This document shows, in pieces, positions 41,803 through 51,946 of a stretch of DNA of 64,000 nt (positions are counted from its first letter, which is position 1; every line of letters begins with the position of its first letter). The position numbers and the translations under genes are program-made. The notes under the pieces are model-generated. The model had not been told where the DNA came from, searched no databases, and was given only the letters and a program-made list of their open reading frames with translations. The stretch is from the IMG/VR virus record IMGVR_UViG_3300032007_000064. One strand, 5' to 3'. This stretch comes from an uncultured virus (IMG/VR IMGVR_UViG_3300032007_000064) (taxonomy: Duplodnaviria; Heunggongvirae; Uroviricota; Caudoviricetes).

Positions 41803-43350
41803 TTATTCATTGCCAAGATACTTCTCGACGATTCCGCCGTAGGGATTCTTGGTTTTGTCTTCTTTAAAAACTTTAAGTTTCGGAGTTTTCTGTTCATCGG
41901 AAGAGAACTTAGCCTGAGTCGTATTTCTTCCACGAATCGCGAACAGTTTCTCTTCAAGAGATTCCAGATCAAACTCACTATTGTCTTCGCGCAATTTTTC
42001 AAAAGCTTCTACACCTTCTAGATCAGTAAACTGACTGAACAGTTCGTTTCTTTCATTCTGATCGGCTGCAGCTTCTGTATTGGATTTGAACTCACGAAGT
42101 TCGCCAAGTTCAGTTTCCATAGACGCAATCGTTTCGGAGGCGGTATTGTATTTCGCTTCCCATTCGGCATTGTCTTTAATCACCTGTTCTGCGCGAGCGA
42201 AAACAGGAGCAACCGGAGAATCAAGATCCCCACCATCGAAATCAACAATCGCAAATTTCTTACGAGTCTTAGAATCGAAATCAATGGATATTGCGTCACC
42301 ATTCTTTGTATATTTGAAGCCATATACTTTCCAGTCAGTAATGTCATATGCAAATACTTCACTGGATTCCATATCACAATCGATGTAACAATATCTGCTT
42401 TCAACTCCCCAAGCAGTCTCGACTTTCTCATCGTAAAGCTGCCCGCGAATCTCTTCGAGAACCTGCTCGGTCAGCGCAAAGTTCTCACCAGCATTGTCGT
42501 CGTTTACATCGATGTCTTCCGGCTCGTTCATAGCTTCTTTCATTTCTTCGAATTTCTCTTTAAGTTCTTCTACAGAGAGATCCTCGATAGAGAACGGAAG
42601 AATATTAACATCGATGCCATATTCGGCAATCAGTTTTGTCTTATCGTCCAATACCTCGTTTCCTCCTTCCATCGAATTTTTTTGTGGGTGTATATCTTCA
42701 ACGCCGTTAGGCGTATCGACCTTAGAAAATGATTCCTTGAAATCCTGCATCATCTCAGACATTTTTTGTTTGAAATCATTAGAGAATACTTCGAGAGCAC
42801 TTGACTCAAAACACGGAGTCACATCGTCTCCAAGCAAACAGAGTGCGGTGAATTCAAAATCATCAATTACAAAAACGTCACCATCGTTATGTCCTTCTTT
42901 GATATTGATTTCCATTGAATGACCTGTGATGCCGTCTCGTTTGATCTTGTTGTAGACCGACTGTCTTTTCCAAAGTAAAACGTCTGTATACAGATAATGG
43001 TGAATAGTTCCATCTTCTTCCTCTACATCTGCAAACCACTGTCTTGCAGAACTTGGAACCACACCAAGTGGATCTGTAAAATTAATGAGACGAAGTTTTC
43101 CTTCGTTGTCCTTGACGACTCCCATGTCGTGAGCGCCGATGCTGTCATCTTCAATGCTGTAGTTTGCTACGACAGGGACGTTCTGAATTGTTGGCATAGC
43201 TCTTTCAAAAGCCTCATGCGAAATGGATGAACCATTTCGATTCTTGCCTTCATATGCCACACGCAATATACCAGAATCAAACGACGAATTAACCTCGCAT
43301 ATATCGGTTAGAGATGACGCGTATTGTAAACAAACTGTCTTTGTTTTCAT
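41803..43350 (-). CDS. Prohead protease/scaffold
   Basis: GKNRNGS, VLLWKRQ, HSMEI, FEFTALCLLG...PCFES; acidic coiled-coil C-terminus. Confidence 0.8.
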   Translation of the reverse strand: MKTKTVCLQYASSLTDICEVNSSFDSGILRVAYEGKNRNGSSISHEAFERAMPTIQNVPVVANYSIEDDSIGAHDMGVVKDNEGKLRLINFTDPLGVVPSSARQWFADVEEEDGTIHHYLYTDVLLWKRQSVYNKIKRDGITGHSMEINIKEGHNDGDVFVIDDFEFTALCLLGDDVTPCFESSALEVFSNDFKQKMSEMMQDFKESFSKVDTPNGVEDIHPQKNSMEGGNEVLDDKTKLIAEYGIDVNILPFSIEDLSVEELKEKFEEMKEAMNEPEDIDVNDDNAGENFALTEQVLEEIRGQLYDEKVETAWGVESRYCYIDCDMESSEVFAYDITDWKVYGFKYTKNGDAISIDFDSKTRKKFAIVDFDGGDLDSPVAPVFARAEQVIKDNAEWEAKYNTASETIASMETELGELREFKSNTEAAADQNERNELFSQFTDLEGVEAFEKLREDNSEFDLESLEEKLFAIRGRNTTQAKFSSDEQKTPKLKVFKEDKTKNPYGGIVEKYLGNE

Positions 43351-43464
43351 CCCAAACCTCCATTAAAAAAGCTCCGCGTTAAGCAGAGCACTAGTAGTAT
43401 AATGGCAGGGAACCCCTGCCGTTCGGTTGACCAGGATCTTTCGATCAGCCTATTAACATATTGA

Positions 43465-43644
43465 TCAAAATGTCAATGTGCTAGATTCCATGTATTCTTT
43501 TACATCAGATAGGGCAAAATTCAATTCTGTTGAAGAATTAAATATGTAAATATCATTGCGTTCATCAGACTTTAACAATTTGTATCCAACATTAACAAGA
43601 TAATCTCTATCTTCTTTAGAAAATACATAAATAAATTTAACCAT
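43465..43644 (-). CDS. Small hypothetical protein
   Basis: MVKFIYVF...GYKLLK ORF between the portal and protease genes. Confidence 0.55.
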   Translation of the reverse strand: MVKFIYVFSKEDRDYLVNVGYKLLKSDERNDIYIFNSSTELNFALSDVKEYMESSTLTF

Positions 43645-43657
43645 AAAAATCACGCCC

Positions 43658-45202
43658 TTACTCAAGTTCGCGATTCGATTCTCTAGAATCGCTTAAATCG
43701 CCGATATCTTTAGTTGGCGCACCACCTTCATCGGTGGCCGCATTACTATCGAGATCATCAGAACTCATTTGTGTAGAGCTTACAATTGGTTTAAACATAT
43801 TTTGTAAACCAAGTACCTCTGATTCGAGGAAACTCATCGAATCGATTTCAGCTTGACCAACGCCAACGGCTGCACTAAATGCGGATATTGTAGGCATACC
43901 ATATGTTGCCGCCTTCAAATACAGATCAGCCATTTCTTTCTGGTTGTATACACTTATATTCAAAGGTTCAACACGGAAGTTCTTTCCATAGCTCTGACTT
44001 TGAATGATACGGTTGATTGCATCAAACACGCTTTTTACAATTTCAAATGTCAGATTTTGATCTGCTTTAATTGAAAGCAGAAGAGCATTAGCACTAGCCC
44101 TAGCATTACCAAATAAGAGCGATGAGACACCGGCAGTATTGTATAGACTTTCTTCTGCCTCAGTCACTTTGTCAGTGTCACCAGTATTTGATTTTTCAAA
44201 TGAAATTTTATCCATCTTCATTGGTGTCAATACAGATCCAACTTCTTCAGGAAGGACTTCATCGAGGTTACGCCAGAATTCTTGCGCTTTATTGAAATCG
44301 ATTAACCACTCACCAGTTTCTTCATTCATAGGCAACGTCATGGCAATCATCGCATAATTTTCCAAAGCAGCTTTCGTTTTCTTCAAATCACGATAATCTT
44401 CTATATCATATACATCACGTAACAAACCTAAGAATGGCGGAAGAGAATAGTCCAAAATATCAGAATTGCATTTAATAGCAAATGAATACGGAGCATCAAG
44501 TTCAATCCATCTGTTCATCTGTTGCTTTTTGTATTGATTATATTTAGTTCTGAATTCCTGTGGATAATAGTCCAACATAGATTCATAAATATCGAAATAT
44601 GAAAAATCGAAAGTAACATTCAGTACATTTCCTTCAATACTTGAGATTGCACAATAATCACTAGGCAATTGTTGAATGGTTATGCTGTCAGGCTGCACCC
44701 ATGTCGTTCCATAAAATGTATCCTCACGAAGACAAACGGTAAGTATTTTCGGAAACTGTGTTTTAATATTCATAGATGATAAAATGTTTAACACCTTACG
44801 ATAGTTATTGTTAACCGTTTTGATGTTTGCTTTGCGTGGATCTATACGATATGGTTCAACAATATAAGACCAGTTTGTCAGTCCAACAAAGTACTGTATA
44901 ACTCTTCTAAAATGTGTACTTACAGCATATATATATAAAATTGCTTTACGAAGCTGCTTTTCATATCTATACGGATTACCGATATACTCTTTAATGTTAT
45001 CCTTTTTATATAGCGAGAATGTAGGTATATTACGATAATTATTCAGATCGCGAGTAATAAGCTTTGCCAAATTTATATATCTTTGATTAATAAGATCAAA
45101 ATTTTGTGATTTAACAACTTCGGCCTGTTTAGCAGCCTGTTGCTTTTCTTGCGGTTCATTCGAACCAGCTCGTCTTGTTCTCCTTCTTGCCAAACCCCAC
45201 AC
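43658..45202 (-). CDS. Portal protein
   Basis: 514 aa immediately after terL; QQLPSDYC.I, AGVSSLLF, acidic GGAP tail. Confidence 0.8.
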   Translation of the reverse strand: MWGLARRRTRRAGSNEPQEKQQAAKQAEVVKSQNFDLINQRYINLAKLITRDLNNYRNIPTFSLYKKDNIKEYIGNPYRYEKQLRKAILYIYAVSTHFRRVIQYFVGLTNWSYIVEPYRIDPRKANIKTVNNNYRKVLNILSSMNIKTQFPKILTVCLREDTFYGTTWVQPDSITIQQLPSDYCAISSIEGNVLNVTFDFSYFDIYESMLDYYPQEFRTKYNQYKKQQMNRWIELDAPYSFAIKCNSDILDYSLPPFLGLLRDVYDIEDYRDLKKTKAALENYAMIAMTLPMNEETGEWLIDFNKAQEFWRNLDEVLPEEVGSVLTPMKMDKISFEKSNTGDTDKVTEAEESLYNTAGVSSLLFGNARASANALLLSIKADQNLTFEIVKSVFDAINRIIQSQSYGKNFRVEPLNISVYNQKEMADLYLKAATYGMPTISAFSAAVGVGQAEIDSMSFLESEVLGLQNMFKPIVSSTQMSSDDLDSNAATDEGGAPTKDIGDLSDSRESNRELE

Positions 45203-45752
45203 TCACCGCCTTTCCGTTAGATGGTGGCTTAATTACAAACAAGTTTGTATTATTAAGATTCATATTGTATCTTTTGTTTAACTTTGTCTCCAACTGTGTA
45301 GCGACATAATAGTTGTATGCGAGAGAAGAGTATCTATCCTTACGCATTCCAGATCGTTCATACACACGAACTTTTCCATTATTTTCTTCATGACGCAGTT
45401 TGATAAGCTCGTCTATAAGAAGCGTTGTTTGTATATATGGAAGTTGATATTGCAAACGTTCTTGTGGATTTAATGATTTAAATCCACGGATGTCTTTCAA
45501 TAAATCTTCGGCATCGTATTCAGTTTCAAGCAAACGAATGCGACCACTACGAAATCCCTCTCTAAGATGAAATGCAACATCACTGTTAAACTGTGCAGAT
45601 GCCTTAATTGCCCATATAACTTTATCTGCTCCTGGAACTGTACATCGTGCAGCCATTTCCGTATTATTACAACAAGAAAGCGCAGGATATATTTCTCCAG
45701 AATCAGGATCGACCATGTCTCTAGCTAATGCATCATATACTCCAAGTCCTAT
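45156..45752 (-). CDS. terL: Terminase large subunit, exon 2
   Basis: Splicing restores LVLDCQG|IGLGVYDALARD; C-terminal RKDRYSS nuclease motif; 599 aa in total. Confidence 0.88.
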   Translation of the reverse strand: MGLGVYDALARDMVDPDSGEIYPALSCCNNTEMAARCTVPGADKVIWAIKASAQFNSDVAFHLREGFRSGRIRLLETEYDAEDLLKDIRGFKSLNPQERLQYQLPYIQTTLLIDELIKLRHEENNGKVRVYERSGMRKDRYSSLAYNYYVATQLETKLNKRYNMNLNNTNLFVIKPPSNGKAVSVGFGKKENKTSWFE

Positions 45753-46034
45753 CGATTTTTGTTATCCTAAAAGCTTTTTATCTTTTAGCTCTTACCGTTG
45801 TTATTCCGGTAAGTTCAGCATACCTTTTTACCTGAATTAAATAAAAATTCACATATGTAATTCCTTTATTTAATCAGGTAGCGCGACCTCGTGGGTGGAT
45901 TATATCTTTTCACCACCTATGCGTTGCCCCTGACTATGCTTTGCATAGCCTTCGGTTCGGGTTGGCATTTCAGCTTTCCCGCTTAATTTCGCGCTTCAAA
46001 TTATATGTCACCATATAAACGGGCATATTTGTTT
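45753..46034 (-). ncRNA. ORF-less group I intron (282 nt) in terL
   Basis: 5' exon ends CAAGGU, intron ends AAUCG; AAUUAAGCGGGAAA/AACCCGAACC core; variant P7 GCAUA/UAUGC; P8 UACCUGA/UCAGGUA; removal keeps the frame. Confidence 0.85.
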
Positions 46035-47237
46035 ACCTTGACAGTCGAGTACAAGATAATCACACTGGTATTCATCAAACAGCTGTCTGATAATTAATGA
46101 TTGATCGTCAGTTCTTAACCCCTCATAAGAATCGGCAAAAACAATATTGCTAATATATCTGCCAGATTTTGTTCTGGACAATTGATTTATAAAAATAGCC
46201 GTTGCATCATTGTTATGCTTACGGCTGGACATCAACGCTATATCAGCTGATAGTATTCGAATTTCACCATTTTGTTTAACTGGTATTTTGATTAAAGACG
46301 AATTATTAAGTTTGCTAGCCAACTTGTCAGGAAGCATTGGATATTTAATTTTTCTATTTCTTGATATTGATTCGAAATCGAAAAACGATCCATCATCTGA
46401 TCCCCAAAACTCAGCACACATTTCCATTGCAAACTTGATCTCTGAGAAATCTTGTTCTGCCATTTCATCCTGTACAAGTTCTGGATCGAGCAACCCTTCC
46501 TGAATAGATAGTTCATATGGAAACCCACATACGAATTGTTTTCTTGCCGGATTTATCATTGCCTTTAAAGTATCTATACACTTTGTGTATGCCCAATGAT
46601 CCTTCCAATAAGCAGAAGATAAGTATAGTGTTAAGTTTTTCTCTTTTGCATATTCCCTCTTTCTTTCTTCATCTGTCAATTCGGAATATCGAGGCATACG
46701 ACGCAAAGTTAAAAACTTTCTAAGAACTGTATCGATCGTATTCTTTGATATTAAACGAAATTCATCTAACAATAATACGTTACAGCGGTTTCCTCTCGCT
46801 GTGTCGCTAGCTGTTACAACTTTGATCATAGATGAATTTTTAAATGCAACTTTGATTTCTGTTCCATTGAATTTACTTTCTTTCTCATCTATTTCTGCGC
46901 ATAATTCTGGAGATAACGGTTTTAGTTCATATAGTATTTTTTCGACTACATTTGCAGCCTGTCCACGTCTACCTGATGCAATACATATCTTAGTTCCGGG
47001 ATATAAAATACAACGTATACAAATATAAACTGCACTTAAAAAGCTTTTTCCTTGGCCTCTCGCGGCAATATATACGAACACCGTACTCCAAAACATCATT
47101 ACCAGAAGAATCCTTTGGAATAGCCTGAGTTTTATATGAAGATAATCTTCAGCAAATTTATCTGGGTTATGTCTATAAAAGGCGCCCCAATAAGCAGCGC
47201 CTTCTAAAACACGTTCATATCTACTCATCAGAGTCAC
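46035..47237 (-). CDS. terL: Terminase large subunit, exon 1
   Basis: AARGQGKS Walker A, ARGNR..LLLDEF Walker B, LSSA, SADIA. Confidence 0.92.
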
Positions 47238-48258
47238 CGCCCATCAACAGTTCCTCAGTGGTCATATCATCGTTTAAGTCACCATCTGTCATGACATCCA
47301 TTAAAAATGCTTCATCGTCATCACCATCATACTCAGGTTTCTCAACGCGTAATCTGTTTATTTCATCTTGATATAATTGTTCATAAGCATTTTTCAAACC
47401 GAGCATTTTACATAGATGACCCATCCACGTAAATACATATCGTCTCAAACCATTTACATCTTTACAATCTTCATCTATTTCAGGAAGAGGGCGCTTATTT
47501 TCATAACGATATAACCATACGCCTAATGGTGTTCTTTCCAAACCCATTTCATCTTCTTCTTGTTTCTTTTGAACTGGTTTCAGATTCGCACTGCCAAGCA
47601 GAGTATTATATGCATTAATAAGCTTATCTGCGGATTTACCCGCAGCACGCATCTTATTCATTTCAATTTCAAGGAAACAAAGTTGCTTAATAATCGCTTC
47701 TGTACTAACATCGATGCTACTTGGGTCTGCAAAGCTTGCCATCCAGTTTGCCTTGTGTTGTTCAAGATCTTTGTATGTTTCCGCTTGATATCCAGAACCC
47801 CAGTATCGAATGTACTTCTTTGGTATGTTTTCTGCATTTTCTGTTACTTCTTCTTCCGTTTCCTCCGGTATATCTAGTTCTTCTTCTGCAAAGTTCCACA
47901 GCGTACCTTCTTTTTCAAGAGTCGTATCATAACTCTTACCTGCATACGCCGAAGCTGTTATTCTTTGCAAATATCCAGATAAAACGGATCTTGTTGTTGA
48001 TTTAGCGATAACGTACTCATAAATCTTTTCATCCCAATATAGATCGAGCTTCCTACATAACTGCCGCATGGCAAGCTTTGGATCATTACATTGTGATAGG
48101 TAGTTATCGTATAGTCGCTCGGCACATTGCTTACATATTGGCAAATAGCCGAGACCCTTGTGCTGGATGGCATAACTTACTGAAAAGAACCCTTTTCGTC
48201 TTTGATAAGCCGTTCCACACATGTGGCAGTAGACTTTGTTCTCAAGTTCGAAGCCCAT
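47221..48258 (-). CDS. Putative terminase small subunit
   Basis: Directly upstream of terL; N-terminal CxxC...CxxC, WG.GY, LKP.Q, E..RP.P motifs. Confidence 0.6.
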   Translation of the reverse strand: MGFELENKVYCHMCGTAYQRRKGFFSVSYAIQHKGLGYLPICKQCAERLYDNYLSQCNDPKLAMRQLCRKLDLYWDEKIYEYVIAKSTTRSVLSGYLQRITASAYAGKSYDTTLEKEGTLWNFAEEELDIPEETEEEVTENAENIPKKYIRYWGSGYQAETYKDLEQHKANWMASFADPSSIDVSTEAIIKQLCFLEIEMNKMRAAGKSADKLINAYNTLLGSANLKPVQKKQEEDEMGLERTPLGVWLYRYENKRPLPEIDEDCKDVNGLRRYVFTWMGHLCKMLGLKNAYEQLYQDEINRLRVEKPEYDGDDDEAFLMDVMTDGDLNDDMTTEELLMGGDSDE

Positions 48259-48270
48259 AAGACCACCGCC

Positions 48271-48735
48271 TTACTCGTCTGTTGGAGCAATATCATCATA
48301 TCTGTATTCGATTTGTTGATTTGCCTCATCAGTTTTCATATCAAATATTTTTGCGGCAATTTTTAATTGCTTGCCAGCAAAAAGCTTTGGTACATTATGG
48401 CCCGGAAGGAAGAGGTATTCACCTTTATTGACGAGGTCATTTCTTACATGTCGCCCCTTCCTGTATTTAAGACCAATGGATCCATATCCTGAAAAATTTA
48501 CATTGTCGCCGTCTTTCAATGCATCTACTATGACATCGAGAGCAGCAGTAACAAAACGTTCCACATCTTCTTCTGTGTAGATGTACTCTCGTTGATTTGC
48601 TTTGATTATGAAGTCTTTAGAATTTCCTTCGTCATCAGATATGTGAAAGACGTGTCGGGGAGACCGTATAGGCTTCCTTAAATTATTGTCACGAAGGTTT
48701 GCTGTAACCTTACGTATAAAGTCTTTTCGATTCAT
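48271..48735 (-). CDS. HU/IHF-like DNA-binding protein
   Basis: MNRKDFI, DALKDGDNVNFSGYGS, VPKLFAGKQLK. Confidence 0.8.
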   Translation of the reverse strand: MNRKDFIRKVTANLRDNNLRKPIRSPRHVFHISDDEGNSKDFIIKANQREYIYTEEDVERFVTAALDVIVDALKDGDNVNFSGYGSIGLKYRKGRHVRNDLVNKGEYLFLPGHNVPKLFAGKQLKIAAKIFDMKTDEANQQIEYRYDDIAPTDE

Positions 48736-48760
48736 ATCTATCCTTTCTTTCCATAGATCA

Positions 48761-49786
48761 TTAGAGATCTGCTAAACTCTTTTGCTCAGGAGCTGTAATA
48801 CCATCTTTGGTAAAATACATACTCAATTGTTCATCTGCTTGAAGATCACTATATACGCCAACCATAGATATATCAGCCCATCCAATGTATTGCTGAATAA
48901 CAGAGTCAGGTATACCAGCTCTTTTAAAGTTAGTCACACAAAGGTGTCTCAAAGCATGTAAATAAACCGGAACACCTAAAATCCTGGTAAACGAATTTGC
49001 CCAACTATTTAATGTTGGTATGCCTATATGTTTTGTAGAATCTAAAGAATCTGGAAATAACCATTCACTTTGAATTCCATTTTCCTCTCTGAATTCGAGC
49101 CATCTATCTAGATACGGCTTAAACTGTTTTGCCAAGCAAAAACACTCAAGCATTTTTCCCTGAGCGCCACGACCCTTCGTTTTAATTGGGGAGCTTTTAT
49201 ATAGTGCTCCATCACAAACTAATTTATCGTCATCGAAATCACTTACTTTAAAACGGGGGAGTTCGGCTTTACGTCTTCCAGAATATACGGCAAGCGCAAC
49301 AAGACATGCCTTGTCGTATTTTTCTGAATCTGTCAATGTTTTCAACAATGTTTCAATTTGCTCATCGGTGAGAACAGTCTTTTCTCGCACGGGTTGATTC
49401 ACAGGACTTTCTATTTTATTTATGATATTTCTGAACATTGGATATTCATCATCTAAAACAGACTCTATGAAATTACTCAAAGATGAGAGTGTTGCTTTCA
49501 ATCTGCGCACCCTTGCAGGACTATTTCCATTTTCATTAATGAGCCAATTTTGATAAGCTACAATATTTCGTTTTGTCCAGTCAACAAAGAATTTATTATT
49601 GTTGTATTTCAAACACCAAACCCAAGCGATTTGAATATCATTCTCATATGAATGAATAGTACCTTCACTTTTCTGCACAGACTTTAGATAATCCATAAAG
49701 TCATGCAGCAGCTGCATGTTCTCAGGATTAACTTGCTTAAGCAGTTCAGGTGAAGTAATGCTGTTCATTTTTGTTTTTCTGCCCAA
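48761..49786 (-). CDS. Tyrosine recombinase
   Basis: YSGRRKAEL, KTKGRG, LHALRH, IGW...Y; TTG start. Confidence 0.85.
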   Translation of the reverse strand: MGRKTKMNSITSPELLKQVNPENMQLLHDFMDYLKSVQKSEGTIHSYENDIQIAWVWCLKYNNNKFFVDWTKRNIVAYQNWLINENGNSPARVRRLKATLSSLSNFIESVLDDEYPMFRNIINKIESPVNQPVREKTVLTDEQIETLLKTLTDSEKYDKACLVALAVYSGRRKAELPRFKVSDFDDDKLVCDGALYKSSPIKTKGRGAQGKMLECFCLAKQFKPYLDRWLEFREENGIQSEWLFPDSLDSTKHIGIPTLNSWANSFTRILGVPVYLHALRHLCVTNFKRAGIPDSVIQQYIGWADISMVGVYSDLQADEQLSMYFTKDGITAPEQKSLADL

Positions 49787-49802
49787 CGCAAGTCACCCCA
49801 TT

Positions 49803-51026
49803 TCACTCAACAATTAATTGGTATTCAGCATCTAAACCATCACGATTAAAAATCATGAGCAGTTGAGACGGATTTGAATATAGCCGTTTACTATTTGCAT
49901 ATTCGTCTGTTCCACAAAGTGATCCACAAATAATTGATGTGACACCGAAAGCCTCACTACTTTCTCTGTGGTGCTTATCACCAATAAGAATATACTCAAG
50001 ATCCCTTCCGTACACTTTGTGCATTAAGGTTGTCAACGTCTTCTGAGAAGAGGCAATCGGATCGAGATCTCCATGTACAGCGCAAATATCATGTCCGAAA
50101 ACATCAAACAAAACGAATTCATTCGTCATGCACGTATAAATTTCGATTCTCTTATTGTTAGCAAGTCTTTGCGTAAGCCACCACGGAATTATTCTCTCCA
50201 TGTTATCAGCATGGATACTTTCTTTCTTTTCTGGAATTACTCTGGCGTGATTGCCATATGTCGAATAGACGTAGACACGATTTGTGTATTTAGACAGCTC
50301 ATTAATAGCTTGAGCTAAGATTTCTGACGCATTCATCAATTGGTCAATTGTAAGCTCTTCAGATGCAACTCTTGTAGACGCTCTAAGCGCACCATGTATG
50401 AAATCTCCAAGAAGTAGAATGTGCAGTGTATTACATTGATGTAACATTATACGCTCAATGGCTTTTTCTACAACGAGTTTTACGCGAGCTTTGCAAATCT
50501 CTGTGTTATATGTGTTATATATATTGTCTGTTACCATTCCATAATGCCAATCGCTAAATACAAGTACCGCCTCTGTGTCAGATACTTCTGGCGCAAAATA
50601 TGGCTCCGTATACATATTCGTCATATCAAGCGACGATATGGCATTTGTAAGAATTTCATCAAGATGTTCTGACCGCGCCTCATGCATGAGCATCTTGTTT
50701 AATTCACGGCGTTGGTCATAAAACTTTTGTTGCTCCTTGCGTAAATCCATTAAGCGTCTGTCTATATCAGATATTATTTCTGAAGATCCAGCCTGTTCTA
50801 TTTCTGCAGCCTCTTGGCTTAACAGATCAAGTGTGCGCTTACTGCCATACATCAAACGTCTTGCTACATCCGTAGAGAACTCTTTGCCGTAAGCATACTT
50901 TGACAGTTCAGCGTAGTCGTAGTCGGCCAGTGTTTTATCTTCAAGCTTTCCATATATCAAGCGTTTATGATATTGGAAGTTGCTTTCATCATCACGCTGC
51001 AGGAGCGGAGTTTCGTTTTCAATCAT
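49803..51026 (-). CDS. Calcineurin-like metallophosphoesterase/nuclease
   Basis: SDWHYG, GDFIHG, GNH, HGD, GDKHH, GSLCG; RBS favours ATG 51026. Confidence 0.85.
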   Translation of the reverse strand: MIENETPLLQRDDESNFQYHKRLIYGKLEDKTLADYDYAELSKYAYGKEFSTDVARRLMYGSKRTLDLLSQEAAEIEQAGSSEIISDIDRRLMDLRKEQQKFYDQRRELNKMLMHEARSEHLDEILTNAISSLDMTNMYTEPYFAPEVSDTEAVLVFSDWHYGMVTDNIYNTYNTEICKARVKLVVEKAIERIMLHQCNTLHILLLGDFIHGALRASTRVASEELTIDQLMNASEILAQAINELSKYTNRVYVYSTYGNHARVIPEKKESIHADNMERIIPWWLTQRLANNKRIEIYTCMTNEFVLFDVFGHDICAVHGDLDPIASSQKTLTTLMHKVYGRDLEYILIGDKHHRESSEAFGVTSIICGSLCGTDEYANSKRLYSNPSQLLMIFNRDGLDAEYQLIVE

Positions 51027-51059
51027 ATAAAAAATATCTCCTTTAATCCCATAGTGAAC

Positions 51060-51086
51060 GAAAAAAGCGCGGCCATGAGGCCGCGC
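51060..51086 (-). terminator. Intrinsic terminator
   Basis: GCGCGGCC-TCAT-GGCCGCGC followed by TTTTTT. Confidence 0.7.
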
Positions 51087-51169
51087 AAACATCATATCTT
51101 TCATTATTAGTGCTTTCTTAAATAGCCAGCAAACCCTTTATTTATAAGGGTTTGAGCGAAATGCTTTAT

Positions 51170-51946
51170 TTAAACATTTTGCATACTAGGCATTTTTCTC
51201 TTCCGCATAACTGAATCTATTATCTGTTGTAACTGTATTTCCTTAGCGCAATTAGGGCAATATTTCTGTCTTCTGCCAACGCCTGGATGGTTAATCTTTG
51301 TGACTATTCCACAGTTTTCACATACGAAGAATGGATCCCCATGATACATCAGATATTGATAACCAAGATTCCTAAAGTCATTAACCGTTAAAACAACCTT
51401 CGATGTGTCATCGCTAAACAACACACGTACATTTGTGTTATCGACTTTTCTCGAAAACTGAATTAATCCGAGTTTCCACAACTGATGGAACATATCGCTT
51501 TGACGTTTAATCGATGTACTGATATTTGCCATCCGCATTATTTCATTGTCTTCGCTGTTTACCCAATGATCGCCATTTGAGCTAATTGTGTCGAAGTATT
51601 TAGATAGACAGAGTAGTGTAAATGCAAGCCGTCTAATCTGTTTGCCTTGCAACGCGTCAATGGTTTCCATTTCCTTTTTGGTTATCTGTATTCCGTCAAT
51701 TTCTACTGCCGGATGTTTGTACGCATATTTGATTGCGTAGTCGATTGTCTCTGACCATTTCGGCAGCGAAGCTTTTGGGTCACAACGCATGATAAAACTC
51801 TCTAACGATTTCCGCGTTTTCTGTTTCGTATATCCGTCGTGTATGTAGTACTTCGCAATGCGACATAGTGTTTCATATGGTTTATTTCCAAGTGAGTTGG
51901 ATAGGAGTGCATCACGCGCCCAGTCAATCTCGTTCAAAACTATCAT
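51170..51946 (-). CDS. Conserved hypothetical protein coupled to the RNAP gene (C-terminal Zn ribbon)
   Basis: Overlaps the RNAP stop; CENCG...KYCPNC. Confidence 0.75.
   Translation of the reverse strand: MIVLNEIDWARDALLSNSLGNKPYETLCRIAKYYIHDGYTKQKTRKSLESFIMRCDPKASLPKWSETIDYAIKYAYKHPAVEIDGIQITKKEMETIDALQGKQIRRLAFTLLCLSKYFDTISSNGDHWVNSEDNEIMRMANISTSIKRQSDMFHQLWKLGLIQFSRKVDNTNVRVLFSDDTSKVVLTVNDFRNLGYQYLMYHGDPFFVCENCGIVTKINHPGVGRRQKYCPNCAKEIQLQQIIDSVMRKRKMPSMQNV

Noticed and set aside
20244..47237. Stop-codon reassignment or frameshift/pseudogene explanation for the split TMP, neck and terL genes
   Set aside because: Group I cores and frame-restoring junctions explain all three breaks; other genes read normally in code 11
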